A stretch of DNA of 32,000 nt from Candidatus Heimdallarchaeota archaeon B3_Heim (lineage in GTDB: Archaea; Asgardarchaeota; Heimdallarchaeia; Hodarchaeales; Hodarchaeaceae). Positions 1 through 9,588 of the stretch are shown here, one piece after another. How positions within the stretch are numbered: position 1 is the first letter of the stretch; each line of letters opens with the position of its first letter. The stretch is taken from NCBI GenBank assembly GCA_003144275.1, contig NJBF01000024.1:1-32000 (forward strand), read 5' to 3'. The position numbers and the translations under genes are program-made. The notes beneath the pieces were generated by a model. That model was not told the DNA's origin and did not search any database. It saw only the letters and a list, made by a program, of their open reading frames with translations.

Positions 1-113
1 TTGTTGATTGGCTGGATTATGATCAAAAATTCGGTAGTACACTTTCAGATTTACTTACTGCCCTAACCAAGGTAGTTCCTTCAATGGAGGTTACGCGTTG
101 TAAGAATTATTAA
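1..113 (+). CDS. 3' end of a gene truncated by the window edge; product unknown
   Basis: Open frame from position 3 (VDWLDYDQKFGSTLSDLLTALTKVVPSMEVTRCKNY) ends at TAA 111-113, followed by an A-run and convergent with the next gene. Confidence 0.5.
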   Translation, partial: VDWLDYDQKFGSTLSDLLTALTKVVPSMEVTRCKNY

Positions 114-163
114 AAAAAAAGTGGGAAAGTGAAAAAAACGAAGGAATTCTAGGATCGAATTAA

Positions 164-967
164 CTAGAAAAAGATCCCGAAGAAATTCCCTTCTAATACG
201 ATGTTTAATAAAAACATGACTACTATTGTTGAAGCAGGTAACAGTAGATTGTCAATATCGGAAGGAGAAAAAGCTTCAACAATCATTGCAACTAATCCTA
301 GGATGACAATTACCATAAACATCTGTACAAGATCAATGCCAGGATCGGGAAGTAAAGATTGGTCACCTAATCCACCTATTACTCCTAATAACGCATAAAA
401 TACCAAACAACCTGCAACACTAAACACAAAAACACCAATTGAGCCGGTAAAGGTTTTCTCACTACCAAACGTTTTGTATGTTCTTCCACCGTATTTTTTT
501 CCTATGTAAGGAGCGATACCATCACCCCAACCCACAATGGCCATCATAAACACTCCAACCCATGTATCCAAGAACAGAGTACCAGCCACCATCATTACAA
601 TAGTGAAATAGAGAGGTCCTTTGAGTAACTCCTTTGGATCACCAGTTCGGGTCATGGTTTTAACATCTTTATCATCTGAAGTTGCTTTAAAACCTTTCAG
701 AAGGAACGTTGCAAAAAACAAAAGAGGAACAGCAACGTTAAACATAGCAGAAAACATATCAGACGAATCAATGAAGAGCCATACCCATATATAGCTACCA
801 GCAGCAATGTGTATCACCTTTCTTGATAAATCTGAGGATAGAGTTCCTGCATCGACCAATTTCTCCATAACCTTAATTGTCCCTTGAATATAAATCATCA
901 TAATAACAACACCCATTATGAGATTCCATACCAAAGGTAAATCACCTAATAGCGTAATGTAACCCAT
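164..967 (-). CDS. Polyprenol (phytol/farnesol/dolichol) kinase-like integral membrane protein, CTP_transf_1/SEC59/VTE5 superfamily
   Basis: Multi-TM protein with the motifs SRKVIHI, GPLYF, GWGDGIAPYIGKKYG, KTFTGS and DIDNLLLP. ATG at 967 is preceded by AGGTGA; the ORF track uses GTG at 976. Confidence 0.8.
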   Translation of the reverse strand: MGYITLLGDLPLVWNLIMGVVIMMIYIQGTIKVMEKLVDAGTLSSDLSRKVIHIAAGSYIWVWLFIDSSDMFSAMFNVAVPLLFFATFLLKGFKATSDDKDVKTMTRTGDPKELLKGPLYFTIVMMVAGTLFLDTWVGVFMMAIVGWGDGIAPYIGKKYGGRTYKTFGSEKTFTGSIGVFVFSVAGCLVFYALLGVIGGLGDQSLLPDPGIDLVQMFMVIVILGLVAMIVEAFSPSDIDNLLLPASTIVVMFLLNIVLEGNFFGIFF

Positions 968-1059
968 TTTTTTCACCTATATGCGTTGTATCAAAATTTC
1001 ACAGTTATTATCTAATAATAGTAACAAAACTGATTATTTGATAGATTAATAAGTATTTT

Positions 1060-1350
1060 GTGAATTTCACACATTTGAAGAATAGTATCATATTTTTTTC
1101 CCGAATGAACACAAAAAGTAATAGAATATACGTAGCAGACAGTCATAATAGTCTTGTCATATTTGAAATGGAGATCGAATTAGATATCAATACTTCTAGC
1201 AATACTATAACTTCTACCAATTTGACAATCCCTTCAACTACTCACAGTGGCTCCTCTCTACACTTATTAGTTATATTTTGGGGATTGTTTTTTTCTACTA
1301 CTTACTTTAAATTAGTGAGGAGTAAGAATCTAAGGTCAAAACACAAGTAA
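1060..1350 (+). pseudogene. Probable C-terminal remnant of a membrane-anchored LVIVD/beta-propeller-repeat surface protein
   Basis: NRIYVADSHNSLVIFE resembles one LVIVD/NHL blade, followed by a Ser/Thr-rich linker, a hydrophobic segment and a basic tail. There is no signal peptide and no further blades. Confidence 0.4.
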
Positions 1351-1356
1351 AGAAAC

Positions 1357-3435
1357 CTAATTTCGAAATCTCCTAAAGAATGAGAGGATTTGGCTTTTTT
1401 GCTTTTCTAGATTTGATTCTTTTCGTTTATCACGGACGTGAAACTGATCCAAAATGTATTCCAGTTCGATATAGGTCAAATCATATATAATAGCAATTCT
1501 AGCATCAAGCATAGCGAGTTTCTCAGAGTAAGACAAATCTACAGATCTCTCCTCTCCAGTAAATAGATCATTATATATCTCTGGAATTTCGTTATAGATA
1601 GCCCTAACAAGGGTTGTTATTTTTCTATACTCACTATTATCATTATTTAACCTGGGAAGGGGCATATCTCGTAGAAAAAACATGTTCAAATTCTGAGACA
1701 CCTTAAGACGAAGCATATAATCAAATACAAAACTGTTCATAATACCTAGCAGGTATAGTAGGTCGTCTAGCTTTATAAGTTGCTGATTTGCTTTGTTATG
1801 ATTTTTCACGAAAATAATAGAGTTGCTACAGCAACTATGTGCGGGAATCAATGTAGCAATCATCGTTCTTCGATTGGTACTTGCAGCGATAGCTCTAAAA
1901 CCAATTCTTACCTTCTTATATTCCGAATAATTTTTATGAAATTTCGATGTTATGTTCTGCTCATCAATCCAATAACGTGCCGGCTTAAATTGGTGAGTAA
2001 ATTGTTCGATCATTTTTCCTTCGAACACTGGAAGTCCTTTACTCTTCGTGTTGAAAAGAGGACTGTCAATCGTGATATCCAATTCTCTTGCGAATTTAAT
2101 CTTTGAAAATTCAGGTGTGGGTTCTACTATGGTAGGATGTCGATACATCTTGTCTGCAATCTGCATATCAAGTTTGGTTTTAAACTCAATTATTGACAAA
2201 GCACTTGGGGAAAAGCGTTTAATTTTCTCCCATGAGACCGATAGAATTTCAGCCTGCCCCTTTCGCAAGAATTCAGGATCCCTTTGCATAAATGCAGCTT
2301 GAAAATTTGTGGTTTTTTTACAATTTTTCTGAAAAATAAGGATATCAAACTTAAACGATTTGTGAATAGACACAAAGATACCTTGCCTATTTTCAAAGGA
2401 GTAAAGGGACATAACTTCATTTTCATCAAAAATTATTTCCCTTAGACCCTTAGTCCCTGCATCACTATGAATACCAGATGGTACGACAATTCCACAAACA
2501 CCATCATTTTTCATAAGGACGATTGCTCGTTCTAAGAACAATTTATAAAGATTAATATCTCCACTCACTCTTCTCGTATTGTTCCCTACTTGAATCAAAC
2601 CAGATTGATATCTGTACGTCTTACGGTAATATTCTGATTGCTTTTTTATTCTCGATTCGTATTTATTCCAGTCCTCACTAATAGTTGGGTTACTTTTCAA
2701 ATCTTCAATGATCTTTTTTGCTTCTTGTTTATCCAACTTATATTTAGTTAGATGCGAATTGTACTTAGAAAAGAATTCCTTCTCTAGGGGTTTTAGAATA
2801 TTCCAGGGAGGATTTCCTAGACATACTGCGAATCCTCCAGCCTTTAAAACAGAGAGAAACTCCCGATCCCAATTAAATTCAGTTAACTGTTCATCTGAGG
2901 AGGGATGTTCTTCTGTGAAGGTATTACCAATTAGAGAATTGCCTCTTTTTATGTGAAGTTTGAGTTTTGATCTAAGTTTATGTAAATCAATTGACAAATC
3001 ATCTTCACTTACGAGACTGATTAACATCTCGCGACATAATTCTACTCCTTTTTTGGAAATGTCAACCCCAAATAGATTCTTTGTTACGATTTCCAGTCGA
3101 ATTTGACCGATTGCCTTTTTTTGTACTCCTGATTTTATTAAAGATTTGTGGAGGTTAAGCAAAACAGTAAAAGAAGTCTTAAGGAAATACCCTGATCCCA
3201 CAGCAGGATCAATAATGGTTATTTCTTCAAGAACTTTAAGAATGACACAATGCATCTTGGAGGGTAAATCTTCAATCCTTAGTTTATTCCATTCTAGAGT
3301 GAGATCAGTTTTCAGTTCGCGATTTAGATGTTTAAGAAGGTAGGTATGGATGGCAGTTGTACAAATGTACTCAACCAAAATTTGAGGTGTATAAACAACT
3401 CCCAAGTCTTTGTGATCTTGAGATAGAGCTTTCAT
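1357..3435 (-). CDS. N6-adenine DNA methyltransferase, Eco57I/type IIG-like MTase plus TRD, with no N-terminal nuclease domain
   Basis: GVVYTP (motif X), IIDPAVGSGYFL (motif I), LFGVDI, CLGNPPW (motif IV), and a C-terminal TRD-like region (PVFEGKMIEQF, RIGFRAIAASTNRRTMIA). Confidence 0.85.
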   Translation of the reverse strand: MKALSQDHKDLGVVYTPQILVEYICTTAIHTYLLKHLNRELKTDLTLEWNKLRIEDLPSKMHCVILKVLEEITIIDPAVGSGYFLKTSFTVLLNLHKSLIKSGVQKKAIGQIRLEIVTKNLFGVDISKKGVELCREMLISLVSEDDLSIDLHKLRSKLKLHIKRGNSLIGNTFTEEHPSSDEQLTEFNWDREFLSVLKAGGFAVCLGNPPWNILKPLEKEFFSKYNSHLTKYKLDKQEAKKIIEDLKSNPTISEDWNKYESRIKKQSEYYRKTYRYQSGLIQVGNNTRRVSGDINLYKLFLERAIVLMKNDGVCGIVVPSGIHSDAGTKGLREIIFDENEVMSLYSFENRQGIFVSIHKSFKFDILIFQKNCKKTTNFQAAFMQRDPEFLRKGQAEILSVSWEKIKRFSPSALSIIEFKTKLDMQIADKMYRHPTIVEPTPEFSKIKFARELDITIDSPLFNTKSKGLPVFEGKMIEQFTHQFKPARYWIDEQNITSKFHKNYSEYKKVRIGFRAIAASTNRRTMIATLIPAHSCCSNSIIFVKNHNKANQQLIKLDDLLYLLGIMNSFVFDYMLRLKVSQNLNMFFLRDMPLPRLNNDNSEYRKITTLVRAIYNEIPEIYNDLFTGEERSVDLSYSEKLAMLDARIAIIYDLTYIELEYILDQFHVRDKRKESNLEKQKSQILSFFRRFRN

Positions 3436-3459
3436 GTTTTTTGCGACTCACTACGATCG

Positions 3460-4512
3460 CTAGATAAGTTCTATCTTATGCAAGAAATACCAAATTGGTC
3501 CAATAAGAATTATACTAAAGAGAATCACGATCCAAAACGCATAGGGACTATCACTGAAAGGTAAAGGTTCAAGATTCATACCATAAAGACTTGCGAGTAA
3601 GGTGGGAACCATCACAATTAGTGAAATCGATGCTAATACTTTAATTAAATCGTTTTGATTATTGGATATTACAGAAGTATACGCATCTAAGCTACTTTCA
3701 ATTAAATCTCGATAAATCCGGAGAAGATCAGCCTGTTGCTGCAAATCAATTGATAAATCTTCTAAATCATCAAGGAGTTCTGGAAGTTCTTTAAATTCGG
3801 GCGCTTTTTGAAGCTGATAAAATGCGCGTACATTTCCTCTCAGTGCTGCATCTAAATATGTTGCCTCCCTAGAAAGAGTGAACACTTGTTCAATTGATTT
3901 AGATTTCACAGACTTGAATATTACTTTTTCCAAGGTAGCAAGCTCTTGATCTATAACATCCACTCCTAGCTCATATGATTTAACTACGCTTTCTAACCAA
4001 TCAAGGAGTACTAAGATAGTTGGTTTTGATCGTTTTCTCCGTGAGCCAATAGGCTTTCTAATTCTTTTTGCTTCAATGGCTTGATGTTGTATTGTAATTA
4101 AATGAGATCCAGTTAAAAATACCGTTGCTGGAAGAGTAGTCTGACGAGATTGAAAGAGATCACTCTTCTTGAATTGTTCACCAGAGGGTACTCTTAATAC
4201 TAATTTGATGAAGGGTGGTTCATTTTCAGGTTCTAATTCCAATCTTGGCCTTTCGTCAACATCAAGTGAGTCCTCAAGATCCTCCCAGGGAATTTTATAT
4301 GTATTATGAATTGCTTTTAGTTCTGCCAAGCTGGGGTTAGTGCAATCCATCCAAGTGGGAACATTTGGAAGGATTCCCTGAACATAATCAGAAAATGTTA
4401 ATCCAGTATCGAGATTTTTTATTTCAATCAAGGCAAAAACCTCCAAGATTAAGCCATCTTTTATGGCTAATAAGCTATTTCGTCTTGCTATAAAAATAAA
4501 TGAACCAACCAT
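3460..4512 (-). CDS. corA: CorA-family Mg2+/Co2+ transporter
   Basis: WMDCTNPS and LDVDERPRLE motifs, a long helical stalk, then two C-terminal TM helices with the LYGMN signature. Exact start uncertain. Confidence 0.92.
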   Translation of the reverse strand: MVGSFIFIARRNSLLAIKDGLILEVFALIEIKNLDTGLTFSDYVQGILPNVPTWMDCTNPSLAELKAIHNTYKIPWEDLEDSLDVDERPRLELEPENEPPFIKLVLRVPSGEQFKKSDLFQSRQTTLPATVFLTGSHLITIQHQAIEAKRIRKPIGSRRKRSKPTILVLLDWLESVVKSYELGVDVIDQELATLEKVIFKSVKSKSIEQVFTLSREATYLDAALRGNVRAFYQLQKAPEFKELPELLDDLEDLSIDLQQQADLLRIYRDLIESSLDAYTSVISNNQNDLIKVLASISLIVMVPTLLASLYGMNLEPLPFSDSPYAFWIVILFSIILIGPIWYFLHKIELI

Positions 4513-4549
4513 TTAATATTTTTCTATTAAGGCCTTTCACCTCACTTAA

Positions 4550-5176
4550 TCAATTCTTCTTAATTGGTTGTCGGATAACAGTACGCAATTTTTCAGGTTT
4601 GGTACGCCGTGGGTCGCTAAGATAAATCTCATGATGCTTATTATGTAGAAGATAACCCTTTTCTTCGGCATATTTGTGCATGTTCGCAATCACTGGTCCT
4701 TCCTCACTGAAAGGACCGAGATGAAGAACCTGAACTACAGTACCTTCGGAAAACGTTTCGTAACGAAGTTTGTTGAAATTTAATGGATTTTTTTTCTCTT
4801 TGAATAGCACAAGAGCCTTCTTGATCTGTTCTTCTTTTACAAAGTCAGGGATTCGAATCATTGAGGTCCATTTCCATTCATCCTTTCTTTCCATGTATGA
4901 ATCTGTAAACACCGTCATATCATCTGCCCACCAGAGGCCTTCGAGAGGGGGGACAACATAATCTTTTCCAGTTGGCTTCATAACACTCATTTTCAGAGTA
5001 AATGATGCACCATAGAGCAATTGCATAGCTTCCTGGTACAAAGGATTATCTACTGGGTAACCTGTTCCATCTACCATAAAGAACCGCATATCAGGAATTT
5101 CAAGTATATGAGGATCCCTCGGAGGGTTGTACAAGTTAGGAAATTCTTTTTTTAAATCAGCTTTTTTACCTTGCAT
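4550..5176 (-). CDS. GyrI-like small-molecule-binding protein, Lin2189-like subfamily
   Basis: Motifs FMVDGTG, VVPPLEGLWW, WKWTSMIRIPDFV, HLGPFSEE and HHEIYLSDPRR. Confidence 0.88.
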   Translation of the reverse strand: MQGKKADLKKEFPNLYNPPRDPHILEIPDMRFFMVDGTGYPVDNPLYQEAMQLLYGASFTLKMSVMKPTGKDYVVPPLEGLWWADDMTVFTDSYMERKDEWKWTSMIRIPDFVKEEQIKKALVLFKEKKNPLNFNKLRYETFSEGTVVQVLHLGPFSEEGPVIANMHKYAEEKGYLLHNKHHEIYLSDPRRTKPEKLRTVIRQPIKKN

Positions 5177-5196
5177 TCTATATCCCTACATTTATT

Positions 5197-5805
5197 TCAG
5201 TTTGAATTTAGTTTCTCCTCTATTTTATCGATTAGTTCTTTCAAAAAATTATTTTTTGCACTCAATGAGTTAAAAGAATAATTGAATAACGCCCAAACAT
5301 GAATTGGTAAATCTCCCTCCTGTTCATGCTTACTGTCTTCTTTGAATCGGCCACGAACAACCTCAATCCGTTCATCGATTCGTTTTTTGTAATTTTTAAT
5401 GGTATCTAAGAATTCTTCATCGTCAAAAACGAAAGCAGCAGCTAAAGCAAGATTCATCTCCTGGTAATTTAAATCCATTTTATGGAAATAATGAATGACA
5501 GTGCTTTTTAGAATTCTCTGACCTGTTGAAGTAACTATGAATAATTTCTGTGGCGCGCCCACTTCACTTTGAGCTTTCGTATTTGAGATTGTTTCTTTGG
5601 CCTTTATCAATTTCATTTTTTCGAGCTGAGTGATTATATAGTAGACAGATGAGAATGAAAGTCTAGACCATTGCTTAACATTTCGTTCTTCAATCAATTC
5701 ATTTAGCATAGTGCCGCTTACGCCCGTGATATCGAATGGGGGATGAGCAATCATACCCAAAACGAGAAATTGTTTTTCGGAAATCGTTTCAATCCATCCC
5801 ATCAT
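5197..5805 (-). CDS. PadR-family winged-helix transcriptional regulator with a long C-terminal helical domain
   Basis: LVLGMI...SFSSVYYIITQLEKMKLI...PQKLFIVTSTG fits a wHTH pattern. The start (ATG 5805/5802 or TTG 5817) overlaps the upstream gene's stop. Confidence 0.75.
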   Translation of the reverse strand: MMGWIETISEKQFLVLGMIAHPPFDITGVSGTMLNELIEERNVKQWSRLSFSSVYYIITQLEKMKLIKAKETISNTKAQSEVGAPQKLFIVTSTGQRILKSTVIHYFHKMDLNYQEMNLALAAAFVFDDEEFLDTIKNYKKRIDERIEVVRGRFKEDSKHEQEGDLPIHVWALFNYSFNSLSAKNNFLKELIDKIEEKLNSN

Positions 5806-6892
5806 ATGTATAGTCAAGGAGGAGGTGGGCTCCTTCTTTTTCGAGAATCTGAATTTCAGCTAAGGACTCTTTTAATTTATTTGCAATAGTTTCCTGATCA
5901 TTCTTCTCAAATTTCTCACTCAAGTGGGCAAAAAACTGTGCGCATTCCTCCCACTTCGCTCCTAATTTCTCATAAAATGTTGCGAAATGCTGAAGAGACT
6001 CATCATTCAATTTCTGGGCAGTTTCTTCAAGAAATTCTGCAAATAAATATCGAAACAATCCCCCACCGGTACCATAATTATGTTCTTTGGTACCAATATA
6101 ACCAGCTTGTTGTAAACATCTGGATTTTAGCTTATCATTCGATAGTTTGAGCCATCGATCGAGATCTTTAATTAAAACCTCTATCGCAGTCGTTCCACTA
6201 TGGATACCTATTAATCTGAGCATACGGCCACTTCTTGAGGTGAGATATCTCCCAGTACGATGAAAAACATCTTGAACGACTGTGGTTAATTCAGGTGTTT
6301 TATTAGGGAATTCTAGTTCGTAAATCAAATTATTAGGGGCCATAAACTTATCAATTGTAGAATTTCTACCTTTTGAAAGTTCGTCATAGGAAACTTCAAG
6401 AATTTCAGAGAAATGTGTGTCGCTTACAAAGACAGTTTGACTTTGTGAATCATATCCACAAACTGCAATGGTATGTCCTCCAAAGTGGAAGTCATCTGGA
6501 AGATCTTTCTTTTGATAGTTGAGATAAGCCATATCAATGTTGATAACAGAAGGCGTACTCGCATCTAAGTGTTGTTTTAATCTTTGCCAACCTTCATTTT
6601 CATTTTTGGATTTATATTCATTAAGCGAGATTGATAACGTTCTACAGAGATCTTTCACAAAATCCTTGTTTCTACCACCGAAGAAGGGTTCCATTTTTGG
6701 TATCTTCAAATAGGCAAGAGTCATTCCACCCCCAAGACCAAAAATCATTGCTTCACTCATTTTCTCCCCATGGAATTCAAATACGTCTCGTAGTGCAGAC
6801 GAAGTACAATGAACTCCAGGTTCATGCCTAAACCCATCTATAACATATTCAAAGTTACTTTTACCTTGATAATCACTCACATTCTTCACCAT
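5789..6892 (-). CDS. BtrH N-terminal (papain-like) domain plus DUF4872 protein
   Basis: GVHCTSSALR (Cys), FGLGGG, HFGGHTIAVCGYD (His), YVSD-like FVSD, and C-terminal GTGGGLFRYLFAEFL. Confidence 0.8.
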   Translation of the reverse strand: MVKNVSDYQGKSNFEYVIDGFRHEPGVHCTSSALRDVFEFHGEKMSEAMIFGLGGGMTLAYLKIPKMEPFFGGRNKDFVKDLCRTLSISLNEYKSKNENEGWQRLKQHLDASTPSVINIDMAYLNYQKKDLPDDFHFGGHTIAVCGYDSQSQTVFVSDTHFSEILEVSYDELSKGRNSTIDKFMAPNNLIYELEFPNKTPELTTVVQDVFHRTGRYLTSRSGRMLRLIGIHSGTTAIEVLIKDLDRWLKLSNDKLKSRCLQQAGYIGTKEHNYGTGGGLFRYLFAEFLEETAQKLNDESLQHFATFYEKLGAKWEECAQFFAHLSEKFEKNDQETIANKLKESLAEIQILEKEGAHLLLDYTYDGMD

Positions 6893-7098
6893 TAATGAGA
6901 TCTAAATTTTTCAATTCTTGAAAAAATATTAAATCAGTTATTTCAACCTTAAACTATTTCTTTTTAAAACTTGCTTTGTCCACAGATGTACATGAATTTT
7001 TCAAAAATGGAAAAAAAAGGAAATGGTATAATTTCCTGAAAATATTCATTTAGGGGGATAAAGTAAATATTAAATCAAAAATAAGCCAGTTACTCTTG

Positions 7099-8037
7099 TT
7101 AAAAAAACATTTTGGGTTTGAAATTAGATGCTTGACTGTTTAGTTGATCTATTTCACTACTTGTTAAATTTAATTCCGAGGCTTGAATATTTGTCTCTAG
7201 TTGTGTGATATTTTTTGCCCCTGGAATAGCAACGACTGATTTATCTTTAATTAACCAGCTTAACGCGACTTGTGCCATCGATACATCGTGTAGTTGAGCA
7301 ACAGTATTTAATTCCTCAAGCATAGGGGCAGCTCTTTTGAAATTGCTCTTAGTGTACAAGCGATTCATACGTCTGGTACCTTTTGGCGCATTTTTTGCAT
7401 TATACTTACCTGTCAGAAAGCCTTGGCCTAGTGGAGAATACGCCATAATCGTAACATTATTTTCCTCAGCATAAGGTAAAAACAAATCTTTGACTTTAGA
7501 TTTGGCCATCGAATAATTGAGTTGACTTACATCTATAGGATGCTTTTGCATTTTGGATTGGGCTTTTTGAAATCGTTTTAAACCAAAATTACTGATCCCA
7601 ATATGACGGATCAGTCCTTCATCCACCATTTTTTCCATATGTTGCAAAGTGGCTCCTAATGGAAGTAGAGGGTTTGGCCAGTGTATTAAATACACATCTA
7701 GATAATCTGTCTTTAAACGCTTAAGACTCTTGGCTAAGGCTCGATTTACTGCCGATGGACGAATTGCTGTAGGCAAAAATTTGGACACAATAACGAAATC
7801 TTCTCTGTTATATCCTTCTAATGCTTGACCAAGAATTATTTCCGACTTACCTCCTCCATACACCTCTGCTGTATCAATAAGGTTGACACCAAGCTCCAAG
7901 GCTCTATGTACAATATCTATTGCGTCTTGTTTACCAAAATCTTTTCCATAACCCCAACCTTTTGACCCAAATTGCCATGTGCCCAGTCCTATTTGTGAAA
8001 TCTTGGTTTCGCTTGTACCTAAATTTGTAAATCGCAT
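7099..8037 (-). CDS. Aldo/keto reductase
   Basis: IGLGTWQFG, IDTAEVYG (Asp, Tyr), IVSK (Lys), YLIHWP (His), IGISNF, AYSPLGQG and IPGA. The ATG start at 8037 is preferred. Confidence 0.95.
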   Translation of the reverse strand: MRFTNLGTSETKISQIGLGTWQFGSKGWGYGKDFGKQDAIDIVHRALELGVNLIDTAEVYGGGKSEIILGQALEGYNREDFVIVSKFLPTAIRPSAVNRALAKSLKRLKTDYLDVYLIHWPNPLLPLGATLQHMEKMVDEGLIRHIGISNFGLKRFQKAQSKMQKHPIDVSQLNYSMAKSKVKDLFLPYAEENNVTIMAYSPLGQGFLTGKYNAKNAPKGTRRMNRLYTKSNFKRAAPMLEELNTVAQLHDVSMAQVALSWLIKDKSVVAIPGAKNITQLETNIQASELNLTSSEIDQLNSQASNFKPKMFF

Positions 8038-8205
8038 TAAATTCTTCCTCAATTGCTACTACGAGGGTTTTATCAAAAAGATTGAGCTCTGAAAATGACA
8101 TTCTTTCAATACAAGTGAGCTTTTAGTTATTTTATTGTGCATAAAGGTTTTGAATACAGCCCATAATACAATTTCCATAATTTTTTCTTGTCAATTTAAA
8201 GAAAG

Positions 8206-9588
8206 ATGAGTTGTATTAATATGATCAATCCTACAAGTTTAGCACAAATCCAATTTTACATAACTATTGGATTTCATTTTATATTTCCTCCCCTATCAAT
8301 CGGATTAAGTTGGTATATTACTTATTTATTGACTCGTTACATCCGATCGAAAGAACAGTATTATAAAGATAGTGCATGGTTTTGGATAAAACTTTTCGCA
8401 ACCACTGTCGCCATTGGTATCCCAACAGGTGTTCTCATGGAATTCCAGTTTGGTATGAACTGGTCAGAATTCTCTCGGTTTGTTGGCGAAGTTTTTGCCA
8501 CTTTTTTACTGTTAGAAGTGTTTTTTGCTTTTTTCCTTGAATCAGTGTTTTTAGGTGTAATTTTGTCAGGAATGCGTACAAAGCGAATTTCTGATAGAGT
8601 TTTATGGTTTTCCTCAATCATGATAACTCTTGGAACAACTCTTTCTTCTTTTTGGATCTTAGCAGCGAATTCTTGGATGCAAACACCTGGAGTTCCTGGA
8701 GAACCTGGATCTGGTTGGGATATCGTAGGAGGAAAAGCTGTCCTAACCAATTTTTGGGATGTCTTATTTACTCCTTCTATGGTTGCCAGATTTTTCCATA
8801 CAGTAAATGCATGCCTTATAGCTGGGGCTTTTTTCATCATCGGAATAAGCTGCTTATATCTTCTGAAAGACAGACATCATAAATTTGCATACGATTCCAT
8901 CAAGTTGGCATTGATTGTAGGAATAATTTTGTCCATAATACAAGGATTTTTTGGACACTGGCAATCTACTATTGTAGCTACTTATCAACCAGCTAAATTT
9001 GCAGCCCAAGAGGGCCTTTTTGAAACAACAGCGGGTGCACCATTGGTCGTTTTTGCAATCCTTGATGATTCCAAGGTGTTATTTGAGATTGGTATCCCTT
9101 TTCTCCTCAGTTTACTGACTTGGGGTGATCCAAATGCTATTGTTACTGGTCTTGATGCATTTGCACTAGAGGATCGTCCCTCTGTACTTCTCACGTTCTA
9201 TTCATTCCATCTAATGGTTATCATCGGGATGTTTCTCGTTGGAGTAGCTTTGGTAGGGGTCTTTCTTCTCTGGAAAAAGAGTCTGTCTGATCCATCCTCA
9301 AAATTACGCAAGTGGTTCTTACGATTAGGTGTGCTAGCATTACCATTACCTCTCATTTCGATTGATTTTGGATGGATTACAACTGAAAGTGGTCGTCAAC
9401 CTTGGATCATTCAGGGTATTCTCCGAACAGCCGATGCTGCATCTGCCGCACCATCAGAAGAGATAATATTATCTTTAATTACCTACATAGTTACCTATAT
9501 TGTTCTCTTTATTGCTTGGATACTAGTAATGAGAAGAATTTTTATTAAAGGACCTTCACTATACGAAACGGATGAGGTGGTAACATGA
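8206..9588 (+). CDS. cydA: Cytochrome bd ubiquinol/menaquinol oxidase subunit I, short Q-loop type
   Basis: FHFIFPPLSIG (heme b595 His), EFQFGMNW, FHT (b558 His), QPAKFAAQEG, FHLM (Met ligand) and GWITTESGRQPW. Alternative start at 8221. Confidence 0.97.
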   Translation: MSCINMINPTSLAQIQFYITIGFHFIFPPLSIGLSWYITYLLTRYIRSKEQYYKDSAWFWIKLFATTVAIGIPTGVLMEFQFGMNWSEFSRFVGEVFATFLLLEVFFAFFLESVFLGVILSGMRTKRISDRVLWFSSIMITLGTTLSSFWILAANSWMQTPGVPGEPGSGWDIVGGKAVLTNFWDVLFTPSMVARFFHTVNACLIAGAFFIIGISCLYLLKDRHHKFAYDSIKLALIVGIILSIIQGFFGHWQSTIVATYQPAKFAAQEGLFETTAGAPLVVFAILDDSKVLFEIGIPFLLSLLTWGDPNAIVTGLDAFALEDRPSVLLTFYSFHLMVIIGMFLVGVALVGVFLLWKKSLSDPSSKLRKWFLRLGVLALPLPLISIDFGWITTESGRQPWIIQGILRTADAASAAPSEEIILSLITYIVTYIVLFIAWILVMRRIFIKGPSLYETDEVVT

